The notes under the pieces: model-generated | Seen by the model: only the letters and a program-made list of their open reading frames with translations | The model's database searches: none | Told to the model about the DNA's origin: nothing | Part shown: in pieces, positions 1-10,200 of the stretch | Position numbering within the stretch: position 1 is the first letter of the stretch | How the letters are laid out: every line of letters begins with the position of its first letter | Program-made: the position numbers and the translations under genes | Origin: Gemmataceae bacterium | GTDB lineage: Bacteria; Planctomycetota; Planctomycetia; Gemmatales; Gemmataceae | NCBI GenBank assembly: GCA_009691815.1 | Contig: SIAL01000001.1 | Span: forward strand, 1-37,240 | Length of the DNA stretch: 37,240 bases | Direction of reading: 5' to 3'

Positions 1-7
1 AGGAATG

Positions 8-523
8 TTATTTCGTCAACCCGCTCCTTGGGTCCCCTGCCGCAAGGACGGTTCGGGTTTGGTTTTCCCTAAAGCGCCTAACGGCTTCACGAAAATGGGG
101 ATATTTTCCCCCTAAAATGGCGGCGGCAAGCAACGCGGCGTTGATTGCCCCGGCCTTTCCAATGGCAAGAGTTCCCACGGGAATTCCGGCAGGCATTTGC
201 ACAATTGACTGAAGCGAATCAAGGCCGCGAAGGGCGTGGGATTCCACAGGAACTCCAAGTACGGGAAGAATGGTCTTGGACGCCGCCATACCGGGAAGGT
301 GCGCGGCGCCGCCTGCCCCGGCAATGATTACCTCAAGGCCACGACCTTCCGCCCCGGAGGCGTATTCAAACAACCAATCGGGGGTGCGATGGGCCGAGAC
401 AATTCTGGTTTCATGGGGGATTCCCAATTCGTCTAGAGTTGTGCTAGCGTGCCCCATGGTTTCCCAGTCGCTTTGGGAACCCATGATCACACCAACAAGA
501 ACTTGTTCTGTCATTTGGGTCAT
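8..523 (-). CDS. purE: N5-carboxyaminoimidazole ribonucleotide mutase (class I PurE)
   Basis: 171-aa ORF with PurE blocks [18 protein letters not shown] and [14 protein letters not shown]. The SAHRTP form is the class I (mutase) variant, consistent with a purK elsewhere in the window. Confidence 0.95.
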   Translation of the reverse strand: MTQMTEQVLVGVIMGSQSDWETMGHASTTLDELGIPHETRIVSAHRTPDWLFEYASGAEGRGLEVIIAGAGGAAHLPGMAASKTILPVLGVPVESHALRGLDSLQSIVQMPAGIPVGTLAIGKAGAINAALLAAAILGGKYPHFREAVRRFRENQTRTVLAAGDPRSGLTK

Positions 524-534
524 TCCTTTGAGGT

Positions 535-1482
535 TTACGAACCCACCAGATTCCGGGGTTTGCCTTGGAGGAAAGCTTGTATGTTTTCCACGGTTTCGTC
601 CATAAGCCGTTGACGGGCCTCATGGGTCGTCCAAGCCATATGGGGTGTTATAAGACAGTTGGGTAATCCGAAAAGGGGATGATCCGCTGGGGGAGGTTCC
701 GTGACGAGAACATCCAACGCCGCTTGGGCGGGTTTGCCTTCCAAAAGGGCTACCCGAAGCGCCAAGTCATCAATCAGGCCTCCGCGGGCCGTGTTGATCA
801 ACCAAGAACCAGACTTCATTTTCGAAAGGGTGTCCCGATTAATCAGGTGGCGGTTACTTTCGTTGAGGGGACAATGAAGGCTAATGATGTCTGCTTGGGA
901 AAGGAGTTGATCCCAAGAGGCCGAAATTACCCCTTGAGGAACCCTACCCGAGGGACCTGGTAGGGCAATGACCTTTAAGCCAAAGGCAGCCCCGATCCGA
1001 GCGACCTGGGTCCCTATTTTCCCTACCCCAACCAAGCCAAGGGTCTTGCCCGCCAGCTCCACCTGGGGGGTATTCCACAGACAAAAAACACGGCTTTTAC
1101 TCCATGCCCCTGTCTGGCTCAGGGCTCCATGGTTACCGACCCGGTGGGCGAGTTCAAGGATCAATGCCCAAGTGAATTGGGAAACGGTATGCGTTCCGTA
1201 TTCGGGAACATTGGCGACAAATACACCTCGGCCGCCGGTGGCTTTTTTGTCTACGCAATCATGGCCGGTGGCGGTAAGGGCAACCATTTTCAGGGAGGGA
1301 CATTGATCGAGAACCGCTTGGGTGATTCGGGCCTTGTTGATGACCGCGATGGAAGCCCCCTCTAAACGATTCACTACAAGATCGGGGGGTGTGGAATCAT
1401 GGATGATAAGGTTCCCTAAGGCCCGGAGTGGGTCGAAGGAAATCTCGGCCATGGTCAGTGCTTCGGTTACGACAATGTTCAT
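535..1482 (-). CDS. D-isomer-specific 2-hydroxyacid dehydrogenase (glycerate/hydroxypyruvate reductase-like)
   Basis: NAD-binding loop [22 protein letters not shown], and catalytic His context ITPHMAW. The ORF track starts at 1512. I prefer Met11 (MNIVV..., ATG at 1480-1482) because it overlaps the upstream stop as TAATG and matches the usual family N-terminus. Confidence 0.9.
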   Translation of the reverse strand: MNIVVTEALTMAEISFDPLRALGNLIIHDSTPPDLVVNRLEGASIAVINKARITQAVLDQCPSLKMVALTATGHDCVDKKATGGRGVFVANVPEYGTHTVSQFTWALILELAHRVGNHGALSQTGAWSKSRVFCLWNTPQVELAGKTLGLVGVGKIGTQVARIGAAFGLKVIALPGPSGRVPQGVISASWDQLLSQADIISLHCPLNESNRHLINRDTLSKMKSGSWLINTARGGLIDDLALRVALLEGKPAQAALDVLVTEPPPADHPLFGLPNCLITPHMAWTTHEARQRLMDETVENIQAFLQGKPRNLVGS

Positions 1483-2393
1483 TAAGAAAGGGCTCTGGGC
1501 TTTGATGTCCAAGGGTTAAGAAAGAAAGTCAGGTTCAGTCGGCCTTCTTCGAGCCAACTTCGAATCGGGAACATCAATAAGGCGATGAAGATCATGTTGC
1601 CATGAAACCCCCAGCCAAAAACCGTGATGATACCAAGGTGCATGCCGACCAGCCCAAGGCCAATCCAAAAACGAAACCTAGGCAGGATGGCCAAAGGGGC
1701 AAACACTTCGAAAACGATACTCATCGCCTGTAGGACCATGGCCAGAGGTCGGGAGTCCAAAATCCATTGGGTGGCAAAAAAATGGGGGTTGCCCCAAAGC
1801 CTTGTCCAAATCTGCATGGAGATTCCGTTGGGCCAATCAAGTCCGCTTTCGGCCAATTTGCTCCAACCGGCCCAACCATAAAAGAAACAAACTCCCAGAA
1901 GGCAGCTCTGGAATACCCACTCCGGGTAATAAAGTCCCGACCAAGGCGTCCCTTGCGCCTTGGCAAGCCGAAATTCCGAAAGGGTGGTTTGCCGCCACCA
2001 AGCAAGGATCCAAAGCATTAAAGCACTCAGGTGGCTGACATGAATCGTTTTACCCATGTTCTCAAGGCGTACGGCCCAAGCAAATGTGAAAAAAGCGGCA
2101 CTTAGCCATGGAGAAAAGGGAAGCCACCTTTGGCAAAGCCAAAGAGCCCCAAAGGTCCACATGCCGATAACCAACCCGAGTTCTAGCATGGGATGAGCCA
2201 ACAGGGTTCCGCGAAATGGGCTTAAAATCGTGGCGAAAATATTGGGCTCGGTGCCCACAACCCGTTCTGTTTCCAAAGTTAGCGGTAGATAAAGACAAAG
2301 GAGGGCGGCCCAAACCACAACGAAGATTTCAAATACCCTGCCAAAGGTAGCCGGATGTCTTTGGATCAGCCAGACTTGAGATGTCTTGGTCAT
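1482..2393 (-). CDS. Polytopic Trp-rich membrane protein, possibly HTTM (vitamin K-dependent gamma-carboxylase-like) family
   Basis: Eight or more hydrophobic segments with a C-terminal block GLVGMHLGIITVFGWGFHGNMIFIALLMFP reminiscent of HTTM domains. Start moved to Met9 (ATG 2391-2393), which forms an ATGA overlap with the upstream stop. The family call is tentative. Confidence 0.65.
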   Translation of the reverse strand: MTKTSQVWLIQRHPATFGRVFEIFVVVWAALLCLYLPLTLETERVVGTEPNIFATILSPFRGTLLAHPMLELGLVIGMWTFGALWLCQRWLPFSPWLSAAFFTFAWAVRLENMGKTIHVSHLSALMLWILAWWRQTTLSEFRLAKAQGTPWSGLYYPEWVFQSCLLGVCFFYGWAGWSKLAESGLDWPNGISMQIWTRLWGNPHFFATQWILDSRPLAMVLQAMSIVFEVFAPLAILPRFRFWIGLGLVGMHLGIITVFGWGFHGNMIFIALLMFPIRSWLEEGRLNLTFFLNPWTSKPRALS

Positions 2394-2854
2394 GGTAGTT
2401 TTACCACTTGAATCCAAGACAGATTGGGATCTTCACCGATTTGGTTTCCATCGAGATCCTTGATTACCCTTACCTTGACCGTGACAAATCCGTGGACCTC
2501 GAATGGGTTAAGCTTTAGGCTTTGCAAAACCGCGGCTTCAATTTGGCCTTTTGTTGAAACCTTCCCCAAACGATCAATAGAAAATTTGGGCTTCCTTCCG
2601 TGGCCATGCCCGGGTGGGTTTCCGTTATCATTTCTCTGTAACCCAAGCAGGTCGAGGGGAAGTACAGTCCCTTTGCCATCAAAAGCCGTGTACTCGCAAT
2701 AGGTACGGGGCGATTCGTTGAACATGGGGGCCCCCGAAAAAGGATAACAGTCAACAACTCCCGTAAATGGCAGGCCAAAAGTTACCAAAAGCATGGCGGC
2801 GGGAACGATCAATTCCCAAGGGGATCCCGGGGGAGATTTCCAGTTAGAGTGCAT
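2390..2854 (-). CDS. Hypothetical N-terminally anchored or exported small protein (154 aa)
   Basis: ATG start followed by a single hydrophobic helix (ELIVPAAMLLVTFGLPF) and then a soluble domain with a GHGHG patch. Its stop overlaps the next start (ATGA). No family recognised. Confidence 0.6.
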   Translation of the reverse strand: MHSNWKSPPGSPWELIVPAAMLLVTFGLPFTGVVDCYPFSGAPMFNESPRTYCEYTAFDGKGTVLPLDLLGLQRNDNGNPPGHGHGRKPKFSIDRLGKVSTKGQIEAAVLQSLKLNPFEVHGFVTVKVRVIKDLDGNQIGEDPNLSWIQVVKLP

Positions 2855-2931
2855 ACAATTATCTTAGCGATCACAAAGCCCATGGCATTCAAACCAAGCC
2901 AAGAGCCATCCCAACAGTAAAAGCGACCCCT

Positions 2932-2959
2932 CTTTCCTTCCTTGAAAAGGGAAGGAAAG
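2932..2959 (-). terminator. Candidate intrinsic terminator after the EF-hand gene
   Basis: 10-bp perfect stem ctttccttcc/ggaaggaaag with an 8-nt loop, 20 nt downstream of the stop at 2979. On the minus strand it is followed by an interrupted T-rich tract (tcgcttttactgtt). Confidence 0.35.
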
Positions 2960-2978
2960 GGCGCCTAAAAAGAGTCCC

Positions 2979-3383
2979 TTACCTACTGCGGCTTTTGAGG
3001 AGTTCCACCAAGGTTTCGCGCAAATTACTAAATTCGCCTTTATTCAGTTTGCCATTGCCATCCAAATCCAGACGGGCAAACAGTTTGGGCATGGCACCTG
3101 ATCCAAGTCGGTCGAACCGAGCCAGACCAATAAAATGGGATTTTAATTCTTGGCGAATTTTATCTTTGGCAACGACAAATTCGTCCTGATTCAATTCCCC
3201 GTCCTTATCCTGATCCAATTTTATGAACCCCTCTTCCTCGGCTTTCGAGGGCTCAACCTTGGCCGTTACCGCCTCGCCAGCCCGGGCTGCCGGGGAGGGA
3301 ATTACCATTAGGGTCATAGGAAAAGCCAAGGCAGAGACTCGAAACAAATCGAAACACTTTGCAATCCATCTCGAATCTTTCAT
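2979..3383 (-). CDS. Secreted EF-hand calcium-binding protein
   Basis: Two canonical EF-hand loops, DQDKDGELNQDEF and DLDGNGKLNKGEF. Start trimmed to MKDSRW... (ATG 3381-3383), which gives a signal-peptide-like N-terminus ending AARA. The ORF-track start at 3485 would overlap the divergent gene. Confidence 0.8.
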   Translation of the reverse strand: MKDSRWIAKCFDLFRVSALAFPMTLMVIPSPAARAGEAVTAKVEPSKAEEEGFIKLDQDKDGELNQDEFVVAKDKIRQELKSHFIGLARFDRLGSGAMPKLFARLDLDGNGKLNKGEFSNLRETLVELLKSRSR

Positions 3384-3497
3384 GAAAATCCCTTTCAATG
3401 AGAAAAAGCCATCTTGGCCAAGAAGAGCCGCCTGTCGGGTAAATACCCCGGTCATGTACGCCATTCTCCATCGGAAAATCAGCAAGGGGTGAAAACC

Positions 3498-4742
3498 ATG
3501 AAGAGATTAAAGTTCAAAGGTTTGGGTCTGTGCTTACTGGTTCTGTTGGCACCTTCGGCTCTTTTTGCCCAATTTAACAGCAAGGATTGGCGGGTTTCGC
3601 AGATCGCATCGGATTTAACGGTTGGCTATGCCGTCTACCTTTGTGACTTAAACAGCGACGGAAAGACCGATGTTTTGGTTCTTGATAGCCGTCGAATCGT
3701 TGCCTATTATGCTCCGGATTTCAAACCAACCGAAATCGCCAAGGACTTCGCCAAACCCGATTTGGTCTGTATTACCTCCATGGATGTAAATGGGGATGGA
3801 AGACTGGACCTTGTTGTTGGGGCCGATTGGAAGCCCTTTAACACCAAATCCGGGGGCACGATTCAGTGGCTCCGCCAGCCGGCGTTAGCGGGGGAAAAAT
3901 GGACAGTGACACCCATTACCGAGGAACCAACTATCCATCGAATCAAAACGGCGGATTTGGATGGGGATGGCAGGCCCGAGGTGATTGCCGTTGCCTTGAT
4001 GGGTTACGAAGCATCCGCCAAGGCGAATTGGATGGATGGTAGGCCGGTCCGGGTTTTGTCGCTAAAGCCAGGTATCAAACCGGAATCTGACCCTTGGGTC
4101 ATTCAGACTTTAGACCAGTCCCTTCATGTGGTTCACAATTTTCTTCCCATCTGCGAGCAGGGCAAAGATCCTTTTGTGATAACAGCCTCCTATGAGGGAT
4201 TGGGCCGACTGGTTTTGGATAAAAAGGGGCTGTGGGGAAAACTCAAACAATTGCATGCGGGTAATCAGGAAAAACCATCCTCCAACCGGGGGGCTAGCGA
4301 GGTGGCAAGGGGTAAGGATGCTTCGGGAAACGAAATGTTTGCCACTGTCGAACCGTGGCATGGGAACCAAATTGTGGCCTATGAACAAAATGCAGACAAG
4401 TTATGGACCAGAAAAGTTCTCGATGAGCAACTCAAATGGGGCCATGCCGTGGGTCTATTTGACTTAGACAATGATGGTATTGATGAAGTTGTAGCAGGCA
4501 TTCGCGATAATCTTTCCGATAATCCTGGAAAAAGGCGGGGGGTTCGCATTTATCGGCGAGACAAATCAGACCTTACCAAATGGATAGGGTTCGTTCTCGA
4601 GGATGGTGGAGTTGCTGTCGAAGATATGGCCATCGCGGATCTAAACGGCGATGGATTAAAAGACATCGTGGTATCTGGCCGGGCTACTCAAAACGCCCGG
4701 ATATATTTTCAAAATCCCTCCAAAGGATCCAGGGGGAAATAG
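3498..4742 (+). CDS. Secreted FG-GAP/VCBS repeat beta-propeller protein
   Basis: Repeated DxNxDGxxD loops: DLNSDGKTDVLV, DVNGDGRLDLVVG, DLDGDGRPEVIA, DLDNDGIDEVVAG, DLNGDGLKDIVVSG. Start trimmed to MKRLKFKGLGLCLLVLLAPSALFAQ (signal peptide), with aagggg 8 nt upstream. Confidence 0.85.
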   Translation: MKRLKFKGLGLCLLVLLAPSALFAQFNSKDWRVSQIASDLTVGYAVYLCDLNSDGKTDVLVLDSRRIVAYYAPDFKPTEIAKDFAKPDLVCITSMDVNGDGRLDLVVGADWKPFNTKSGGTIQWLRQPALAGEKWTVTPITEEPTIHRIKTADLDGDGRPEVIAVALMGYEASAKANWMDGRPVRVLSLKPGIKPESDPWVIQTLDQSLHVVHNFLPICEQGKDPFVITASYEGLGRLVLDKKGLWGKLKQLHAGNQEKPSSNRGASEVARGKDASGNEMFATVEPWHGNQIVAYEQNADKLWTRKVLDEQLKWGHAVGLFDLDNDGIDEVVAGIRDNLSDNPGKRRGVRIYRRDKSDLTKWIGFVLEDGGVAVEDMAIADLNGDGLKDIVVSGRATQNARIYFQNPSKGSRGK

Positions 4743-4757
4743 TTTTGGTTTGGCCTA

Positions 4758-5612
4758 CTATTTGACGGGGTTGGCTACAGGGGGTTCTTTGGTTTCCGGA
4801 GGCTTAACCTTGGTTTCCCAGCGAAACTTGGTTTTCGTTGGGTCAAACTTTAACAAATAGTCGGCCTCGTTTTTGGCGGTTGCCCAGAGAATTCCCCGGG
4901 TCAGCATGTCGAGGAATTTTGGATCGGCCAATTCTTCGTTGTAGTGACCAATGGTGGTGCCAAGGACGCGCCCTTTGCCGTATTGGTTGGTCCAAATACA
5001 AACCTCGTCCACATTCTTTTCGGTGTTTCTGGCAACCGCCAAAGGAGTGGCCGTGTCTTTGAGCTCGGAGATCCAGTAGAGCTCTCCCTTGGGGGATTTC
5101 CAACCTGAGCCGAAACCCTTCATTACCGGATGATCCGGGGATTTGTTGGCGACATCAAAAGCATAGTGCCCGCCATGGCGGTGGGATGTGACGCCACAAA
5201 ATTTGAACCATTCCCCTGTTCCATCCCGGTAACAGTGCATGGCACAATGGATGATGATGGCGGGAATGCCGTCCCGGTGAGGTTTTAGGATCGTTTCGGT
5301 ATATTTGGGGTCTTTCACATCCGAGAAACATTCGTTATGAATCACAATGTCATAGCCCTTGGCCCAGTCAGCGTTGCCATCATAAAGCGGTAGGCGGGAA
5401 TTGGTTGTATTCCCCCCCTGATGGATGATGGTCCATTCAATCCGTGCCCTTGCGGCGGTTCCCTCGGTCAAAATCAATTTTTGAGTGTTGTAATCATGAC
5501 AACAGCCACCGACAACCAACAGCCCTCGAATAGGCCGGGGCTTTTCTTTGGCTTGAATGGGAGTAGCCACAAAGGAAATCAACAAGGCGGCAAGGCTGAG
5601 AAGGTTTTTCAT
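4758..5612 (-). CDS. ThuA-like (class I glutamine amidotransferase-fold) secreted protein
   Basis: LLVVGGCCHDYNTQ and GKGRVLGTTIGHYNEE blocks are typical of ThuA-domain proteins. Start trimmed to MKNLLSLAALLISFVATPIQA (signal peptide), which also removes overlap with the upstream gene. Confidence 0.8.
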   Translation of the reverse strand: MKNLLSLAALLISFVATPIQAKEKPRPIRGLLVVGGCCHDYNTQKLILTEGTAARARIEWTIIHQGGNTTNSRLPLYDGNADWAKGYDIVIHNECFSDVKDPKYTETILKPHRDGIPAIIIHCAMHCYRDGTGEWFKFCGVTSHRHGGHYAFDVANKSPDHPVMKGFGSGWKSPKGELYWISELKDTATPLAVARNTEKNVDEVCIWTNQYGKGRVLGTTIGHYNEELADPKFLDMLTRGILWATAKNEADYLLKFDPTKTKFRWETKVKPPETKEPPVANPVK

Positions 5613-5628
5613 TGCGCAAAATACCTTT

Positions 5629-7086
5629 CTAATGGGTGGAGTTAGGGCATTGGTAGCCAAGGAGGTTTCTTTCGCGGATGATCTTGGCAACAGGTATGGG
5701 AACCATTTTTTCCCAACTGGGATCCCCCGCCTTGATTCGCTTGATCACATCGCGAGAAAAAATCGGCAAACAGGCAGGATCGTAATTTTCCAAGTCAAAA
5801 ATACATTGATTGTCCACAAGGTACCCGAACAGCTTTTGCAAATCGGGTGTGAATGTGAGGTTCGATGCCGTTTGAACTTCGTCCAAACCCTCGGGTTTGT
5901 ACGGATAAACCAGTAACTTGAGCTCATTCTTGAAAAGTCTCCCAAACGATTCCAGAATTCCACCCTCAAGCGTTTTGTAATAGACCGGGTCAAAAAGGTC
6001 TAACAAGGAGGGGACACCCATTACCAAGCCGATCCGTTTGCCCTTGTTCATGTTGTTAAGGTAGGCGGCCAGACGATAATACTCGAAATAGTCCGAAATG
6101 AGCACGGTCATTCCGCAGGCCCCAAGCATATCCGCCCTAGCCAGAAAATCAAGGGTGGAAAAGTTATCCGTAGTTTGCAGATTGCGCATCGTGATTTCGG
6201 TCACGGCCACAACATGATCTTTATCCTCGGGGGGCAAGTGCTTGGCAAAGTTCTCCTTGGCGCAATTAAGCATATCAATGTTGGTGTTGGTTACAGGGCG
6301 AAAGGAACCGCGTTCCACCAAAATCGGTCGCTTGTGAAACACTTCGCTTGGTTGAAGGACCTTTCCCGATGAATCAAACATCGCAGCTTTGGATAAGCCC
6401 ATTTGCACCAGTTTCAGGCTCATCAGGCGGTTATCAACCGTTCGAAATCCGATGCCCGAAAACTCGATCATATCGACTTCAATTCGCTGCGTCGAAAGGT
6501 TGTCCAGCAGCGACTCCACTAGCAATTCCGGTTCATGGTGAAGGAAAAAAGCACCGAAAAGGAGATTCACACCCACAATGCCAAGGGCTTCTTGTTGAAG
6601 GAGATTTTCGTTATCCAGCATTCTGACATGGATGATGATTTGGCTATCTTGATCCCTTGGGTAGATCTGAAAACGGACCCCCATCCATCCATGACAATCA
6701 TTGGTTCCTTGAAAATTGCGGGCGGAAACGGTGTTGGCAAAACCAAAAAAGGAGGTACTTTCCCCGCGCTGTGGCCCAAGCCGGTCAATGTTAAGCCGGT
6801 ATTCGTGGTCAAGCATCGACTCAAGCCGTGATCGACTCACATAGCGATCGCAGGGCCCATAGATCGCATCAGAAACCGCCATATCATAGGCGGACATGCT
6901 TTTGGCGATTGTTCCCGCAGCACCGCCTACTCGGAAAAACCACCGTACCACCTCTTGGCCGGCACCAATTTCCGCAAAGGTGCCATACCTTCGTTTGTCC
7001 AAATTAACTTTGAGGGCTTTTGAGTGGGTGTCCAATTTTGGATTTTCAGTGATTTGAGAGTGGTCGATATTGGCTATGCGGCTCAT
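5629..7086 (-). CDS. Conserved-looking soluble protein of unknown function (485 aa)
   Basis: Long ORF with GGAG 8 nt upstream of the ATG and no hydrophobic segments. I remember blocks such as RRYGTFAEIGAGQEVVRWFF from inconsistently annotated hypothetical proteins, but I cannot name a family. Confidence 0.8.
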   Translation of the reverse strand: MSRIANIDHSQITENPKLDTHSKALKVNLDKRRYGTFAEIGAGQEVVRWFFRVGGAAGTIAKSMSAYDMAVSDAIYGPCDRYVSRSRLESMLDHEYRLNIDRLGPQRGESTSFFGFANTVSARNFQGTNDCHGWMGVRFQIYPRDQDSQIIIHVRMLDNENLLQQEALGIVGVNLLFGAFFLHHEPELLVESLLDNLSTQRIEVDMIEFSGIGFRTVDNRLMSLKLVQMGLSKAAMFDSSGKVLQPSEVFHKRPILVERGSFRPVTNTNIDMLNCAKENFAKHLPPEDKDHVVAVTEITMRNLQTTDNFSTLDFLARADMLGACGMTVLISDYFEYYRLAAYLNNMNKGKRIGLVMGVPSLLDLFDPVYYKTLEGGILESFGRLFKNELKLLVYPYKPEGLDEVQTASNLTFTPDLQKLFGYLVDNQCIFDLENYDPACLPIFSRDVIKRIKAGDPSWEKMVPIPVAKIIRERNLLGYQCPNSTH

Positions 7087-7219
7087 GGTTCAAGCTCCAT
7101 GCGGTGATGCCTATTATTTATGGCAAAATGCCCCAGCCACCAATGGATGAAATCGAAGTGCTCCCTTGGTGAGAATTGGGTTTTGATTGAATTGGAGGGT
7201 TGCCCCTTAATCCATCGGG

Positions 7220-10200
7220 TTATTTCCCAGCCAACGGCGCGATTCGTTGGCTCAATAGATAGCCCAACAAATTTCGAAATTCCGATTCATTCATGGCCTC
7301 TGCAAAATTGGCGGGCATGGGGCTCAGGGTGGTTACCTTTTGCTCTTCAATGTTAGTTCTTTCAATGGGAATATCCTTGCCCAAGGCATCAACAAGAATG
7401 ACCAAATTGCCTTCGTTTTTGGTAACCAACCCGGTCTGGATTTGACCATTTTTTAGGGCGATAACGCTCTGCCTGAAGGCCTGATCCACATTCCGGCTTG
7501 GGTCGAGAATATCTTCACAAAGGCGTTCGAGTCCTCGTAAACCGATGCCGTCAAGCTGGGGCCCGACTTTGGCGCCCATGCCGCCAATTTGATGACAATT
7601 GGCACAATGCTTGGTGAAAAGCTCCTTCCCTTTGTCCACCATGGGGGAACCCTTGGAATACATCGCCAACCGAGTTTTGAGCAACGCATCAAACGATCCA
7701 TCACCGGGTGGAACTGCCAAATCGTATTTCTTCACCAATTCCCGAGCTTTGTCTACACCCGAACCCTCCAATCGGGCCGCCACCACCCGATCTCGGACCA
7801 AGCGAGGTGGAAGGTGGGATTGGGAAAGAGCGTTGAAAACGACCTGGGCACCACCCCTATGGGCTGCCAGCTCCCGGGTTGACGCCAATTGTAAACGATA
7901 GGGAAGGGGTTTCAGGATGATGACCAATTGATCCATAAGCCCCGTCTGTTGAACCTTGCCTACCTGGGTCGCAATTTGTTCCCGAAAGTTGATGGAATCG
8001 CTCGCATCAGAGAGGAGTTCTAGCATCGTTTTGAAGGCCAGTTCAAGAGCGATAGCAGACCACGCCTGAGCTGCGCTAAGCCGCCTTTGAGCGTTTTGGT
8101 CCTTTGAACGGATTATTTTCTCCAGAGTCGGGGCGGCTTGTTTGAGGTGCAAATCCGAAGCAAGGAGGATGGCATTATCCTTTCGACCCTGATCCCTTCC
8201 TTCAAGACCCTCAAGGGTCAGCGTCACGGCCTGACCATTCACGAAATCAGGAAGGGGGCGACCACTTTCACGGAGTCCTTGAATCAGATCGCGAAGAAGG
8301 CTAAGGTTTGTCCTTTGTAGGGTCCTGCCAGATAAGGCAATGGATGCCATGAGGAGATCTTCCTTGGCTCCCCACCTGCCAATGTGCTTAAACGCCAAAG
8401 AAAGGGATTCGTCATTGGTGGCCAGGATGTTGACATGTTGAGCTAGGTATGACGCCGCTTCTTGTGAAGGAACGCCAAGGCTGGCCAACGCAATGAGCCT
8501 TCGCTGGTCTTCAGGTCGGCCCGGTTTTTGGGCTTCTTTCCAAGCGTCTACTCCCGGGAGAAGCTGATTGCGAAGGCTGATCTTCAGGGCATGGGTGAGG
8601 TGATCGTCTGTTTTTGGGGTGGTATTGGCCGCCTCCAAAAGGGGATCAATGTTCCCCGTGGCAGGCAAACGGCCCAATCCCTCAGAGGCGATCCGGCGAA
8701 CCATGTGGCTGCTGTCGGTCAAACCGGTTTTTCGCAATTGGTCTACCAATACCGGATTCGCTTTGGGGCTTTCCATCAGCACACGAATCGCATGGCCCCT
8801 CAATAAGGGCGATTTGGATTCAAGCGATGCGCGAATCAGTTGATCCCGTTTTTCATTTTGATCCGGTACTCGGCTGGCGATCCAAAGGGCCATGATTTGG
8901 GCCTGGATGGTAGGGGCCTCCTTGGCGGTGTTCCAAACTGCTTGAAACCCTTCGGAGGTCGTTGGGTTTTTTTGACCCATGATTTGACCAAACAGAACAT
9001 GGCTTGCCCGAATGGCGAGATCCCTCTGGGGATTCCCCAAAAGGTTGATCAAAGATTCCGTAGGTAGGTTGGTTAAATCACCCACCTTGGAAGGGTTGGG
9101 CAGGACATCCTTGTCGGCGACAACGCGCCAAATGCGACCTCGGAAACGGTCACGACCCGGGTGCGTCAAGGGTACTTCATAGTGGCCAATGATGCGATTG
9201 TAAAAATCGGCCACATAGATCCCACCGTCTGGCCCGGTTTTCAAATCCACGGGGCGAAACCAGGCATCTTTGGAAACCACCAAATCGGGTAGTTCCACTG
9301 CCACAGGCGACGAACCACGGAAATCAATGCGATCTCGGTTGATACGGCTTGTAACCACATTTCCCAAAAAGATATTGCCCTGAAATTCCTTGGGGAACTG
9401 CGATCCGGCGTAGATCAAGCAACCGGCAATTCCTGTCGATCCGTGGTCGTGCTTGCACATTTCGGGGCCGTATCCCAAGCCATCGTGGGGTTTGCCAAAG
9501 CTGGGATAAAAGGCTCCTCGAAGGAGCCCATAAACGGGTCGCGTGTGGCAATCCGCCGTGTATAAATTGCCCCACTCGTCCATCGCCAAACCGAACGGAT
9601 TCACCTGTCCATGGGTGTATTGTTCAAGTCCTGTTCCGTCGGGACGAAAGCGGTAAGTGTTGCCCGATTGCAATTTGAGGCTCCTGCCATCGGTCCCCCG
9701 AATCTCCGAATCGTTGGCAAAGCCATGTGTGGCATAAATCCACCCATCCGGTGAATGGGTAAAGGCGTTGGTCATGCCGTGGGTGTCTCGGGAACCATAG
9801 CCCTTTAGTATTGTGGTTCGTTTATCCGCCTTGCCGTCGCCGTCGGTGTCCTCCAAAAGCATGATTTCACCAATATGAAACACGAGAGCCCGGCGGGGAC
9901 TTGATCCGGGAAGGGGAAGAAGGCCAATGGGAATATTGAGGCCCTCGGCAAAGGTGGTGACCTTTTGCGCTTTGCCCTGTTCGTCAAAATCGGAAAGAAT
10001 GTGGACCTTGTCCCGGGCCGTTTTCAGATCTTTGGCGGGATAGGGGTATTCCAGAGTGGAAGTTACCCAGAGCCTCCCTTGATCATCCCAGGCTAGGTTC
10101 ATGGGCTTATGAATGTCCGGTTCGGCCGCCACAAGCTGGATTTTGAATCCTGGTGGAACCTTGAGCGCTTTCAACTCTTCCGCCGGGCTAAGAGCTTCTG

